Origin: Candidatus Nomurabacteria bacterium
GTDB lineage: Bacteria; Patescibacteriota; Dojkabacteria; SC72; JAHDCA01
Assembly: GCA_020632375.1 (NCBI GenBank)
Contig: JACKFR010000002.1
Location: 118,771 to 182,770 of the forward strand
Direction of reading: 5' to 3'
Length of the DNA: 64,000 nt
Shown: piece by piece, positions 27,146-36,321 of the stretch
Position numbering within the stretch: the first letter of the stretch is position 1
Layout: each line of letters opens with the position of its first letter
Notes under the pieces: generated by a model
Told to the model about the DNA's origin: nothing
Databases searched by the model: none
What the model saw: only the letters and a program-made list of their open reading frames with translations
Made by a program: the position numbers and the translations under genes

Positions 27146-28971
27146 CGAGTTTTGGGGATTTCTAAATCATCTGCGATCTGTAGGAATATATTTACCCATA
27201 CTGGTGCTGCCGTTGTGGCTGAATAAATATCTATTCCTGGTTCCTCAAGGCGAACAAGCATTATCATGCGTGGATTATCTACTGGAGCGAAACCGATAAA
27301 AGTCGCATTTGTTCTATCATCATAATATCCTGGCTCGTCTGGCTTTGGAACTTGAGCTGTTCCAGTTTTTCCTGCGATATCGTAGTCTTCCAGATAACGG
27401 TTGAAAATCCATTTAGGATCTCCCTTTCTGACTACACTGCGCATCATATCTGCAACTGAATTGGCAACTTTTTCTGATATCGGTTCAGAAAGAACCCTGG
27501 GTTTGTATTTAATCACTTCATCATCGTCAGAAACTGATTCAATTATATAGGGCTGCATTCTTTTCCCACCGTTTGCAATTGTGCTAATCGCAGACAAGAC
27601 TTGCATCGGAGTGGCAGATATAGATTGTCCGAAAGAAGCTACTGCGAAATCGATCTCTGTCCAATATTTATACGGCATAAGGTAACTATTATTTTCTCCT
27701 TCAAGTCCTAACCCCACAAATTGACCGATCCCAAATTCTTTAAGTTTTGGATAGTAGTTATCAAAACCAACTTTTAAAGCCGTTCGTACGATGCAGGGAT
27801 TATTGGAGTACTGTAGATACTCTCTCGGAACTAAAACGCCATCTGGAGCACCATCCCAGGTGTATATGATTTTTTCATCTGGAGTCCCTTCATAGATTTT
27901 AATAAACCCAGTCGAGTCATTACATTTGGTATTCTCATCAATTGCTTCAGTTTCCAGTCCAATAGAGACTGTGAGCGGTTTTATAACTGAGCCTGGTTCG
28001 TATACATCTGCAATTGCCTTGTTTTTAAATATCCAAGGATCTTGAACACGCCAGTATTCATTTGGGTCAAAATCCGGGTAATTTGCCATAGCCCATATTT
28101 CACCTGTTTTAGGATTCATAATTATTGCAGAGCCGCTTTTGGCCTGCATGTCTTCTACACCTTTTTTGAGAGCTTCTTCTACCTTCGCTTGGACTCCTGG
28201 TTTTATTGTTAAAGTAATATCTTTCCCTTCTCTTGGTAAAACAGGCTCATATTCTGTTGTTAAAATAACATTACCATTGGCGTCTTGTTCTTCATAGGTA
28301 AGCCCTTCGGTTCCAGAAAGAGCACCATAAAAATATCCCTCTATTCCATACACTCCTTTGTCTTGACCGTCTTCAGTTTTCCCCATAAAACCGAGCACGT
28401 GGCTTGCTAGTGTTCCATTTGGGTAGATTCTTTTTTCTGACTCTTCAAATGAAAGTCCAAATCCTGTCGGCTTTTCGTCAAAGATCTTAACCTCTTCTAA
28501 TGCTTTTTTTTGCTCAATTGAAGCATTCTTGAGCAGCGGCACATATCTGAATTCTTCATTAAGTTCTTTGTCGAGATCATTCTTTTTTAATCCTAAAATT
28601 CCTGAAACTGTTGCAACAAATTTATCTTTCTGCTTAAAGAAAGCTTCTCTTTCTTCTTTTATTGAGCTAAGCGATGCATATATATCCCAAGTTGGGTCGT
28701 CAGTTGATAACACAGTGCCGTCGGAAGCATATATTACCCCTCGAGTTGAAGATTGTCTTTGAGTGCCAAGATATTGTGATTGTGCGAGAGTATTGAAATA
28801 TTGGTGATGGATAATTTGCCATCTGCCCATTTGAAAAACTAATAGCACAGCAAAAATTGATGTTACAACAAAAAGAATTGTTGTATTGAGATTAAAGATA
28901 GTTCCAGATTTAGACGTTTGGCTGCTTTGTTTTGTTAACAAACCTTTTGCGGGGGGGGTTCTTTTTTTCAT
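27142..28971 (-). CDS. ftsI: class B penicillin-binding protein (FtsI/PBP2-type transpeptidase)
   Basis: TM anchor and PBP dimerisation domain. Motifs are SxxK (GSVIKP), SxN (YSNN) and KTGTA. Sits downstream of mraZ-rsmH-ftsL. Confidence 0.88.
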   Translation of the reverse strand: MKKRTPPAKGLLTKQSSQTSKSGTIFNLNTTILFVVTSIFAVLLVFQMGRWQIIHHQYFNTLAQSQYLGTQRQSSTRGVIYASDGTVLSTDDPTWDIYASLSSIKEEREAFFKQKDKFVATVSGILGLKKNDLDKELNEEFRYVPLLKNASIEQKKALEEVKIFDEKPTGFGLSFEESEKRIYPNGTLASHVLGFMGKTEDGQDKGVYGIEGYFYGALSGTEGLTYEEQDANGNVILTTEYEPVLPREGKDITLTIKPGVQAKVEEALKKGVEDMQAKSGSAIIMNPKTGEIWAMANYPDFDPNEYWRVQDPWIFKNKAIADVYEPGSVIKPLTVSIGLETEAIDENTKCNDSTGFIKIYEGTPDEKIIYTWDGAPDGVLVPREYLQYSNNPCIVRTALKVGFDNYYPKLKEFGIGQFVGLGLEGENNSYLMPYKYWTEIDFAVASFGQSISATPMQVLSAISTIANGGKRMQPYIIESVSDDDEVIKYKPRVLSEPISEKVANSVADMMRSVVRKGDPKWIFNRYLEDYDIAGKTGTAQVPKPDEPGYYDDRTNATFIGFAPVDNPRMIMLVRLEEPGIDIYSATTAAPVWVNIFLQIADDLEIPKTR

Positions 28972-28976
28972 TTTTA

Positions 28977-29330
28977 TTACCTTGCGGCTTGAATCGATGG
29001 AGTGCTTACAAAAAAGGTCTCTTTTTTGTTATTGGGCTTAAGATCGAATTCTTTTTCAGAGTATATTTTTATCGAAGTCAGCGAAGTATTCTTCGCTAGC
29101 TGTTTTTCTAAGGCTCTATTTTGTTCTACTAGTGAGTCCTTTTCATTGTTCAGAGATTGTAACTGTTGACCAAGCGGGCTTAGAATTGCGTTTGTGATAA
29201 GCTGTGTCATTACAAAAGTAATTGCTGCGAGTACAGTTAAGACCATAAAGACACGTTCGACTGTAAGAGGCTTTTTATCTCTTCTTGTTGAAGAGAATGC
29301 TCTTCGAATTGTTCTTCTGTATTTTGTCAT
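28977..29330 (-). CDS. ftsL: FtsL/DivIC-like cell-division protein
   Basis: 117 aa with a basic N-terminus, one TM helix and a coiled-coil segment. Sits between rsmH and ftsI. Confidence 0.55.
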   Translation of the reverse strand: MTKYRRTIRRAFSSTRRDKKPLTVERVFMVLTVLAAITFVMTQLITNAILSPLGQQLQSLNNEKDSLVEQNRALEKQLAKNTSLTSIKIYSEKEFDLKPNNKKETFFVSTPSIQAAR

Positions 29331-29348
29331 TCAGGCAGTTAACGTATA

Positions 29349-30239
29349 TTAAATTTTCATGATTGCTCTTAATTTAGCGCTGTGAGCTCTTGGGTTATGT
29401 TCGATCTCTTTTAAAGTTGGCACAATTGGTTTTTGTGTTAGATCTATCGCTTTTTCTTGATCTACCTGTTGTTTAAAGAATTCTTTAACTATGCGATCTT
29501 CAAGTGAATGGAATGAGATTACTACTAGCCTTCCATCATTTGCTAACAATTCAAACGCCTCCTTTAAACCCTTTTTTAAGCTATTCAACTCGTCGTTCAC
29601 CGCAATCCGTAGGGCCTGATAGACCCTACGAGCTGGGTGCTTAGAGCTGTTTGCTGCTGGAACAACTCTGCTTACTAAGGTATTGAGATCGTTTACTGTC
29701 TCAATTGGAGTTGTCTGTTTTTTTATTGCTCGAGCAATTCTCCTAGAGAACCTTTCTTCACCATAAGTTAAGAAAAGTTTTGCTAACTCTTGCTCATTGA
29801 GTGCATTAAGCAAATCTTTTGCTTTTACACTAAGCTGTGCGTCCATTCTCATATCTAGCTCTTGGCTTCTTTCTTGATAGCTGAATCCCCTGTTTACTGC
29901 TTCAAGCTGACGAGATGAAATGCCAAGGTCCATGAGAATTCCATCTGCTTTCGTTAGAATTCCTTGTGACAACTTTAAAAGATCCGAGTAGTTACCGTAT
30001 TTTCTTATCCATCTAGAATCCGACGCCTCTTTTGTATATGTTTCTACAAATTGAATCGCTTCACTGTCTCTATCTATGCTAAGAAGAAGTCCTTTTGGAC
30101 CCAATTCTCTAAGTATTGCTAAGCTATGCCCTGCTTCACCTAGTGTTGCATCGATATATCTGCCTTCAGAATTAATTGACAGCGTAGTGATCGATTCTTT
30201 CAAAAGCACTGGAGTATGAAAGTGACTTGAGCTATCCAT
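29349..30239 (-). CDS. rsmH: 16S rRNA (cytosine1402-N4)-methyltransferase
   Basis: HTPVLLKE..., YIDATLGEAGHS, DLGISSRQL, SFHSLEDRIVK. Confidence 0.95.
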   Translation of the reverse strand: MDSSSHFHTPVLLKESITTLSINSEGRYIDATLGEAGHSLAILRELGPKGLLLSIDRDSEAIQFVETYTKEASDSRWIRKYGNYSDLLKLSQGILTKADGILMDLGISSRQLEAVNRGFSYQERSQELDMRMDAQLSVKAKDLLNALNEQELAKLFLTYGEERFSRRIARAIKKQTTPIETVNDLNTLVSRVVPAANSSKHPARRVYQALRIAVNDELNSLKKGLKEAFELLANDGRLVVISFHSLEDRIVKEFFKQQVDQEKAIDLTQKPIVPTLKEIEHNPRAHSAKLRAIMKI

Positions 30240-30669
30240 TTTGAGTTGCTTTTATCAATTCTTCTGATATCTGGTCACTATTATCAGATATGTAGCTCAT
30301 TCTTTCGTTCCATTTCTGTGTATCCCATAGTTCTACCCAGTTCACTAGTCCTATAAAGACTATTTCTTTCGTAAAACCAGCGTGTTGATATAACCCAGAA
30401 GGAATGACAACTCTGCCTTGAGGGTCAGGTTCGAGCTCAGATGCACTTCCAACTAGAAACCTACTCGTGTCTCGAATATTTTTGTTTATGAAAGAGCCAT
30501 TTATTACTTCTTTAGCAAGAGTCTCCCACATTTCTGTATTTACCATAACTAGGGCATTTTCATAGCCTCTTGTTAAGATAAGTTTGTCACCAAGTTCTTG
30601 TCTTATCTTTTTAGGAATGGCAACTCTTTTTCTTTCTCCAATTTTGCTTGTATATTCACCAATTAGCAT
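30232..30669 (-). CDS. mraZ: transcriptional regulator MraZ
   Basis: The track ORF starts at GTG 30699. ATG 30669 gives MLIGEYTSKIGERKRVAIPKKIRQEL, a typical MraZ N-terminus with duplicated SpoVT/AbrB-like halves. The upstream codons overlap the operator repeats. Confidence 0.9.
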   Translation of the reverse strand: MLIGEYTSKIGERKRVAIPKKIRQELGDKLILTRGYENALVMVNTEMWETLAKEVINGSFINKNIRDTSRFLVGSASELEPDPQGRVVIPSGLYQHAGFTKEIVFIGLVNWVELWDTQKWNERMSYISDNSDQISEELIKATQNG

Positions 30670-30694
30670 TGTTGGAGATAGCATATCATTTTTC

Positions 30695-30719
30695 ACCACG
30701 ATGTGCCACTGTTCCCCAC
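30695..30719 (-). promoter_or_regulatory. MraZ operator: three 10-bp-phased GTGG(G/C/T) repeats
   Basis: The minus strand reads GTGGG-gaaca-GTGGC-acatc-GTGGT at 30719-30715, 30709-30705 and 30699-30695. This lies immediately 5' of mraZ and matches the known GTGGG-N5 repeat architecture of MraZ sites. Confidence 0.7.
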
Positions 30720-30861
30720 AAACAATTTAACATAGTAGAGATATGAATGTCTAGTCCCGCTAACTTATAGTGGGCAAGGTCAGAGCGAGGAAACTCATAG
30801 CAGAGCTATAAATGCATCATGAAGAAAATGAATTTTGGGGAAGAGAATCTTTTATGAGATC

Positions 30862-31890
30862 TTAGTGAAGAACGCTGAGATATATTCCAGCAATGGACAG
30901 AAAGATAGTTATAACCCAGAACCTCATTGTGACTTTGTGTTCCGGCCAACCAAGAACTTGGAAGTGGTGGTGTAGCGGGGCCATTTTGAAAACTCTTCTT
31001 TTAAAGAATCTCATGCTAATTATTTGGATCATACTTGAAAGGAGAATAATCCAGGTTAGACCGGTTATTAGAAAGTAAGGAATGACTTGATCAGTTGCAA
31101 TAGCGATATAAAATGCTGACGCACCTAGTGGCATTGCACCTGGTCCTCCATTATAAAAGCGAGCAGGAGGAGTGTTAAAATATAGGTCTACAACAACCAC
31201 ACCAATGATTATGGCAATTACAGGAATATATTTTGGTTGGTTATTGATTAATAAAACTGCTCCAAGCGCAGTATAAGAAATTCCGAAAATCCCAATCATT
31301 AAGCCGTCTAATCCGTCAGTAAGTTCCGCTGCGTAGATTGCGAGTTGCCCTAGAATTCCAAGCACCGGAATAAGTGCAGGTGTAAATGCAATTGCCCAGT
31401 TGCCTAGTGAAATATCGGGCACAATCCCAGTTAACTGGAGAAGGTACATGATAAAAATATTTAATACCATAGCGATTGAAAATCTCGTTAAGCGAACTAT
31501 AAACTTTTCTTGGATCGTGCGAAGCTCTGGATTGTTTTTAATCATGTTTGTGAACAACACATCTAGAAATCCCCAGAATCCAAATAGTATAAATGACAAA
31601 ATAAAGAGGCTTATATCTGGAGTTCTATCCACAAGGAGAAAAACTAAAATTGGCACGACAACCCATATTAATATTCCGCCCATGTTAGGGATTCCATTTT
31701 TACCTGAAACATTCATGATTTTAAGATAGAGTGAGTTATCACCCTTAATGCCCCCACCAAGCTTTGTCTTTTTATGTGCTGCAACTTGATTGAATCGGTA
31801 AAGAATGCCTATCATTATCGGAGCGAATGCAAATGCGAAAATAAATGAAATAAAAAGATTCTCCAAAGCGGATTTAACTATGATATCCAT
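30862..31890 (-). CDS. MraY-family polyprenyl-phosphate sugar-1-phosphate transferase, divergent paralogue
   Basis: 342 aa. MraY-like segments are present (GIPNMGGILI, ELTDGLDGL, KMAPLHHHFQVLGWPEHKVTMRFW). However, the DD motif reads FLDVLF and the GD(V/T)GS motif reads NGGPGA. Confidence 0.8.
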   Translation of the reverse strand: MDIIVKSALENLFISFIFAFAFAPIMIGILYRFNQVAAHKKTKLGGGIKGDNSLYLKIMNVSGKNGIPNMGGILIWVVVPILVFLLVDRTPDISLFILSFILFGFWGFLDVLFTNMIKNNPELRTIQEKFIVRLTRFSIAMVLNIFIMYLLQLTGIVPDISLGNWAIAFTPALIPVLGILGQLAIYAAELTDGLDGLMIGIFGISYTALGAVLLINNQPKYIPVIAIIIGVVVVDLYFNTPPARFYNGGPGAMPLGASAFYIAIATDQVIPYFLITGLTWIILLSSMIQIISMRFFKRRVFKMAPLHHHFQVLGWPEHKVTMRFWVITIFLSIAGIYLSVLH

Positions 31891-31908
31891 TGTTAGCTTG
31901 TAGATAGA

Positions 31909-33192
31909 TTATTCTTTGCGCACGCTTGCACCTAGACTAGAGAATATATCAACAAAGTCTGGGTATCGCCTACTGATTATATCAGCATTGAGAATTTTAG
32001 TTGTGCCTTTTGCCGCTAAAGCTGCTATTGCAAGTGCATGAGCTGATTGGAGGACTGGTGGTGCAGAAAGGATCGAGCCTTTAAGCTGTGATGGTCCAAA
32101 GGTAATCACTCTCGATGGATCGGCAAGAACAACTTTTGCATTCATCTTGATGTAATCTTCTACAAAAACTAGCTGAGTTTCATACATGTTATTCAAAACT
32201 CTGATATTTCCTTCGGCCATTGATGCTAATACAACTGCTTGTGGGATTAAATCCATCGGAAATCCCATTGGCCATGCAATAGCTATTATCTTGTCCATGT
32301 CTCCTTTGACGTTGGGCTTACAGTAAAGATTCTGATCTGCTGGGATATGAATGTCTTTATCCTGAATATCGTATTGAAGATTTATCTTTTCAAAGTATTG
32401 GAGAACAAGCTTCATATGCTGAGGGATAGCATCTTTTATCAAGATGTCTCCTCCAGTGATGGCTGCCGCGACAATAAGACCTCCAATATCAATATGATCT
32501 GGGATAACAGTCCATTCTCCGCCTCCTAATCTCTCGACACCTTCTACTTCAAGTCTATTTGTCCCTATTCCATCGATATGTGCACCGATTGATACAAGGA
32601 AATTACATAAGTCTTGAACGTGGGGTTCTGCAGCCGCATTATAGATTACAGTCTTCCCTTTCGCTTTTACCGCTGCTAGAATTGTGCTCTCTGTTCCGGT
32701 TACCGATGCTTCTATTTGCCAGATATTCGGATTCCCATTTAGCTCTTTGGCTGTAAGGCTAAAAATGTTGTCGGGATCTACCTGCGCTCCTAATTGAGTT
32801 AGCCCTTGAATCAGAGTGTCGAGAGGTCGATTACCGAGTTTGCAGCCACCCATATCTGACATTTCGGCTTTACCAAACCTGCTAAGCAGTGGTGCGAGGA
32901 ACATATTGGCAGACCTCTCTTTATTTGCTAGCTCTTTAGGTATTGAATACTTGTCAATTGCTGAAGAGTTGAGTCGAATACTCCCACCTTTTAAGTAAGA
33001 GACTTTTCCACCAAGCAATCTAAATATCTGTAGTAATACTCTCACTGAAGAGCTTTTAGGAACATTATGAAAGGTAACAGGCTCATCAGCTAATATTGCT
33101 GCAGGAATCAATGCAACAATTGAATTTTTGTTGGGCATAGGATTGACTGTTCCTTTAAGAGGGTGCCCTCCCTCTATGATAAATGCTGACAT
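31909..33192 (-). CDS. murA: UDP-N-acetylglucosamine 1-carboxyvinyltransferase
   Basis: 427 aa, FIIEGGHPLKGTV...NKNS. The catalytic Cys loop is GGCKLGNRPLD. Confidence 0.95.
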   Translation of the reverse strand: MSAFIIEGGHPLKGTVNPMPNKNSIVALIPAAILADEPVTFHNVPKSSSVRVLLQIFRLLGGKVSYLKGGSIRLNSSAIDKYSIPKELANKERSANMFLAPLLSRFGKAEMSDMGGCKLGNRPLDTLIQGLTQLGAQVDPDNIFSLTAKELNGNPNIWQIEASVTGTESTILAAVKAKGKTVIYNAAAEPHVQDLCNFLVSIGAHIDGIGTNRLEVEGVERLGGGEWTVIPDHIDIGGLIVAAAITGGDILIKDAIPQHMKLVLQYFEKINLQYDIQDKDIHIPADQNLYCKPNVKGDMDKIIAIAWPMGFPMDLIPQAVVLASMAEGNIRVLNNMYETQLVFVEDYIKMNAKVVLADPSRVITFGPSQLKGSILSAPPVLQSAHALAIAALAAKGTTKILNADIISRRYPDFVDIFSSLGASVRKE

Positions 33193-33274
33193 AGAGAGGA
33201 TGCAGAATATTTTAGTGATTAATTATACGCAAATTGAGAGAGATTGTAACTTTAATCGTTAGTTTTATTATCGA

Positions 33275-35107
33275 TTATTTGTAGCCTTTAGCTTGTACTG
33301 CAAAGGCTTCAGCATATTTACCATTGAGTTTCATTAACTCTTCGTGAGTACCTCCTTCAATAATTTTCCCAGCATCTAGTACATAAATCTTGTCTGCTTT
33401 TCGGACAGTTGAAAATCTGTGTGAAACGATAATTACTGTCTTGTTTGCCGCAAACTTATAGAGTCTTTCAAAAATCTTTTCTTCGCTGATTGCATCGATT
33501 GCAGAAGTCGGTTCGTCTAGAATCAAGATTGGCGCATCTCTGTAGAAGTTTCTTGCAAGTGCGACTTTCTGCCACTCACCTCCCGATAGATTTGTACCCC
33601 TTTTGAACCTCTTACTAAGTACTTGGTTGTAGCCTTTGTCGAGTTTTTGTAAAAACTCATGCGCTTCTGCTTTTTTAGAAGCTTCTAATACCAGGTCTCT
33701 TTGGTGGGCATGTTGAGTATTGCCAATAGAGATGTTTTCTCCTGCGTTTAGAACTCCATATTTATTAAAATTTTGAAACAAGACACCGATTTGTTGATGC
33801 CAATGGGTTACATCTAACTCTTTGATATCGATACCATCAATTGTTATGGTTCCACTTGATACATCGTATAAACGGCACAGGAGCTTAATGATTGTGCTCT
33901 TACCTGAGCCATTCGTTCCGACAAGCGCTATTCTTTCACCTGGATTTATAGTTAGTTCGAGATCTTCGATCACAATTTTTTGAGAGTTGGGGTATATGAA
34001 ATCGACATGTTTAAACACAATCTCTGGCGGTCGGCTATTTGATGAAATTTTCTTTTTTCCTGAAATGATTTTATTCGGAATCTCTAAGAATTTGTAGTAG
34101 CTTGTCATAAAACTAGAGTCTCGATAGAATCTTGAAAGTTCTCTCATAAGCCCTTCTAATGAGCTAGTATAAGATCCAGCCATGCCTATATAGAATGTTA
34201 AAGCCCCTATAGTAATATCGCCTTGCAAAACCTTATAGATAGTAAAGATCCAAAAAGAGATTGTCCCTAGTGTAGAAATCGCTCCGGAAAAGCCATCATA
34301 GATACTTGCCTTTTTCTCGTTTCTTTCTTCGTTATTTCTAAATTGCTTAAACAGTCCTTGAAGCTTTTTTAAAAAGAATTCACTTGATCCGAGAATCTTT
34401 ACTTCCATATAGGCATTTTCAGAAGATAAGTAATTACTAATGTGTGAGAACTTTCTACGCAGTTGAGTATCTCCATCCCAGATCGCCCAGGATGATTTCG
34501 AATAAATAAGGTCCATCAGCAAAACAGGCAAACTGCTTAAGCTCAATATAAGAGTAAAGAGTGGCGAAAAGAAGGCGATTATGGTCACCGCTGAGAGTAT
34601 TCCTATAAAGTTCCTTAAAAGCCAGAGAACTCTTATAGCCATATTGGATCCTTTATCATGATATGCAGCTTCTGCTTGCTCAATTAGGTTACTTTTTCTA
34701 GGGTCTTCGAAATGCTCTATATCAAGTGAAACAGATTTTCTAAGAAATTCAAATGTAAGCGCTTCTTGAACTTTGTAAAAAACTCTTTTTTCAGTAACAT
34801 TATTAATGCTCCATGCTAATCCTTGAGAAAGCCTCAGGACTGATGAGATAATTACAAAACTGATTAAAGGAGTGAGAACTCTGGCTTCTGGACTAGTTTG
34901 GAGAAGCCTAATAACTTCGTCAATTACATTTTTTTCATAATATCTAGATCCTATAGGTATAAGAATTGTTGCGATAAGAGCAAAAAATCCGATCAAAAAG
35001 TCAAATGGAGTCGTTTTAAGTGCATGCCTGAATACTTTTATGCCTATGCTAAACTTTTCTTTAAAGTCCTTTATGATATGTTTGGCCTTAATTTTCCTTT
35101 TTGCCAT
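33275..35107 (-). CDS. ABC exporter, fused permease/ATPase (MsbA-like type)
   Basis: Six-TM N-terminal half. Walker A (GTNGSGKST), signature (LSGGEWQKVALAR) and Walker B (ILILDEPTS). Confidence 0.88.
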   Translation of the reverse strand: MAKRKIKAKHIIKDFKEKFSIGIKVFRHALKTTPFDFLIGFFALIATILIPIGSRYYEKNVIDEVIRLLQTSPEARVLTPLISFVIISSVLRLSQGLAWSINNVTEKRVFYKVQEALTFEFLRKSVSLDIEHFEDPRKSNLIEQAEAAYHDKGSNMAIRVLWLLRNFIGILSAVTIIAFFSPLFTLILSLSSLPVLLMDLIYSKSSWAIWDGDTQLRRKFSHISNYLSSENAYMEVKILGSSEFFLKKLQGLFKQFRNNEERNEKKASIYDGFSGAISTLGTISFWIFTIYKVLQGDITIGALTFYIGMAGSYTSSLEGLMRELSRFYRDSSFMTSYYKFLEIPNKIISGKKKISSNSRPPEIVFKHVDFIYPNSQKIVIEDLELTINPGERIALVGTNGSGKSTIIKLLCRLYDVSSGTITIDGIDIKELDVTHWHQQIGVLFQNFNKYGVLNAGENISIGNTQHAHQRDLVLEASKKAEAHEFLQKLDKGYNQVLSKRFKRGTNLSGGEWQKVALARNFYRDAPILILDEPTSAIDAISEEKIFERLYKFAANKTVIIVSHRFSTVRKADKIYVLDAGKIIEGGTHEELMKLNGKYAEAFAVQAKGYK

Positions 35108-35233
35108 GTGGGCATCTTACCCTTCGTTTACGCCTCTGTCAAGGTACTAATGGCGTATTTAGAAGTTGCATTTAGCCTTTAGTTGGTGTATAAGATATAG
35201 AAGCAAAACAGGTATTACATAAGACTTGAATCT

Positions 35234-36319
35234 ATGGGTACCGTCTTTTCTCAGAAACAGGTTTCTTTGAAGCCATACAATACGCTTTCTGTCGATGTTA
35301 CTGCAGAGTACTTTGCTTATATTTCGTCGGCCGATCAGCTAGGAGACATTGTTAAATCAGGGGGAATAGACATTGAATCACTTTTTGTTTTAGGTCGTGG
35401 TAGCAACACCCTTCTCACAAAAAATTATCCTGGGCTTGTACTTCTCAATTCAATAAAGGGTATTAAAGTCATAAATGAAGATGAGAACTCTGTCACTTTA
35501 GAAATCGGATCAGGTGAGGATTGGCCAAGCTTTGTTGAGTATGCAGTTTCGAAGGGCTGGAGCGGCTTGGAGAATTTGGCATATATCCCTGGCACTGTCG
35601 GAGCAGCACCTGTTCAGAATATCGGAGCTTATGGTCAGGCATTTGAAGATATTTTTGTAGACCTTGATGCAGTAGATCTTACTAGTGGTGAGATTATCCG
35701 GTTTACAAAAGAAGAGTCAAAGCTTGGGTATAGAACGAGTGCATTCAAGACCGATCTTAAAGACAAGTATTTTATTGTGGTTGTTAGAGTTCGACTCAGC
35801 AAAGATCCACATTTTGATACTTCATATCATTCGAGATTTCCGAACGAGTCTTTATCTGAGTGGCTAAAGAAAAATGGAAAGCCACCTTACACCCCTGCTG
35901 ATGTTGCTCATGCTGTTACTGGCCTTAGAAAATTTAAACTTCCGGATCCAAAAGAAGTCGGTACATGTGGTAGTTTCTTTGTTAATCCTTTTGTTACTGT
36001 TGATAAATTTCATGAACTTGAAAAAGAAGTAAATGAGTTGCAGCATTATCCGGTAACTAAGATGGAGTATGACAGAATAGACTGGCATAATACAGGACAA
36101 GATAAGATAGTAAAGATTCCTGCAGGCAGGCTATTGGACGAGCTTGGTTGGAAGGGCAAATGGATAGGTAATGTCGGTACACATGATAAACAGGCTTTGT
36201 GCGTAATCACGAACAAAAAGGCTTCAGGTCAAGAAGTGCTCGATTACACAAATAAAATGCGAGAGAGTGTTCAGAAAGCTTATGGAATAGACTTAGTATC
36301 TGAAGTAAGAATCGTATAG
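35234..36319 (+). CDS. murB: UDP-N-acetylenolpyruvoylglucosamine reductase
   Basis: 361 aa. FAD-binding N-terminus (LKPYNTLSVDV...VLGRGSNTLL), GLENLAYIPGTVGAAPVQNIGAYG and GSFFVNP. Confidence 0.9.
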   Translation: MGTVFSQKQVSLKPYNTLSVDVTAEYFAYISSADQLGDIVKSGGIDIESLFVLGRGSNTLLTKNYPGLVLLNSIKGIKVINEDENSVTLEIGSGEDWPSFVEYAVSKGWSGLENLAYIPGTVGAAPVQNIGAYGQAFEDIFVDLDAVDLTSGEIIRFTKEESKLGYRTSAFKTDLKDKYFIVVVRVRLSKDPHFDTSYHSRFPNESLSEWLKKNGKPPYTPADVAHAVTGLRKFKLPDPKEVGTCGSFFVNPFVTVDKFHELEKEVNELQHYPVTKMEYDRIDWHNTGQDKIVKIPAGRLLDELGWKGKWIGNVGTHDKQALCVITNKKASGQEVLDYTNKMRESVQKAYGIDLVSEVRIV

Positions 36320-36321
36320 GC

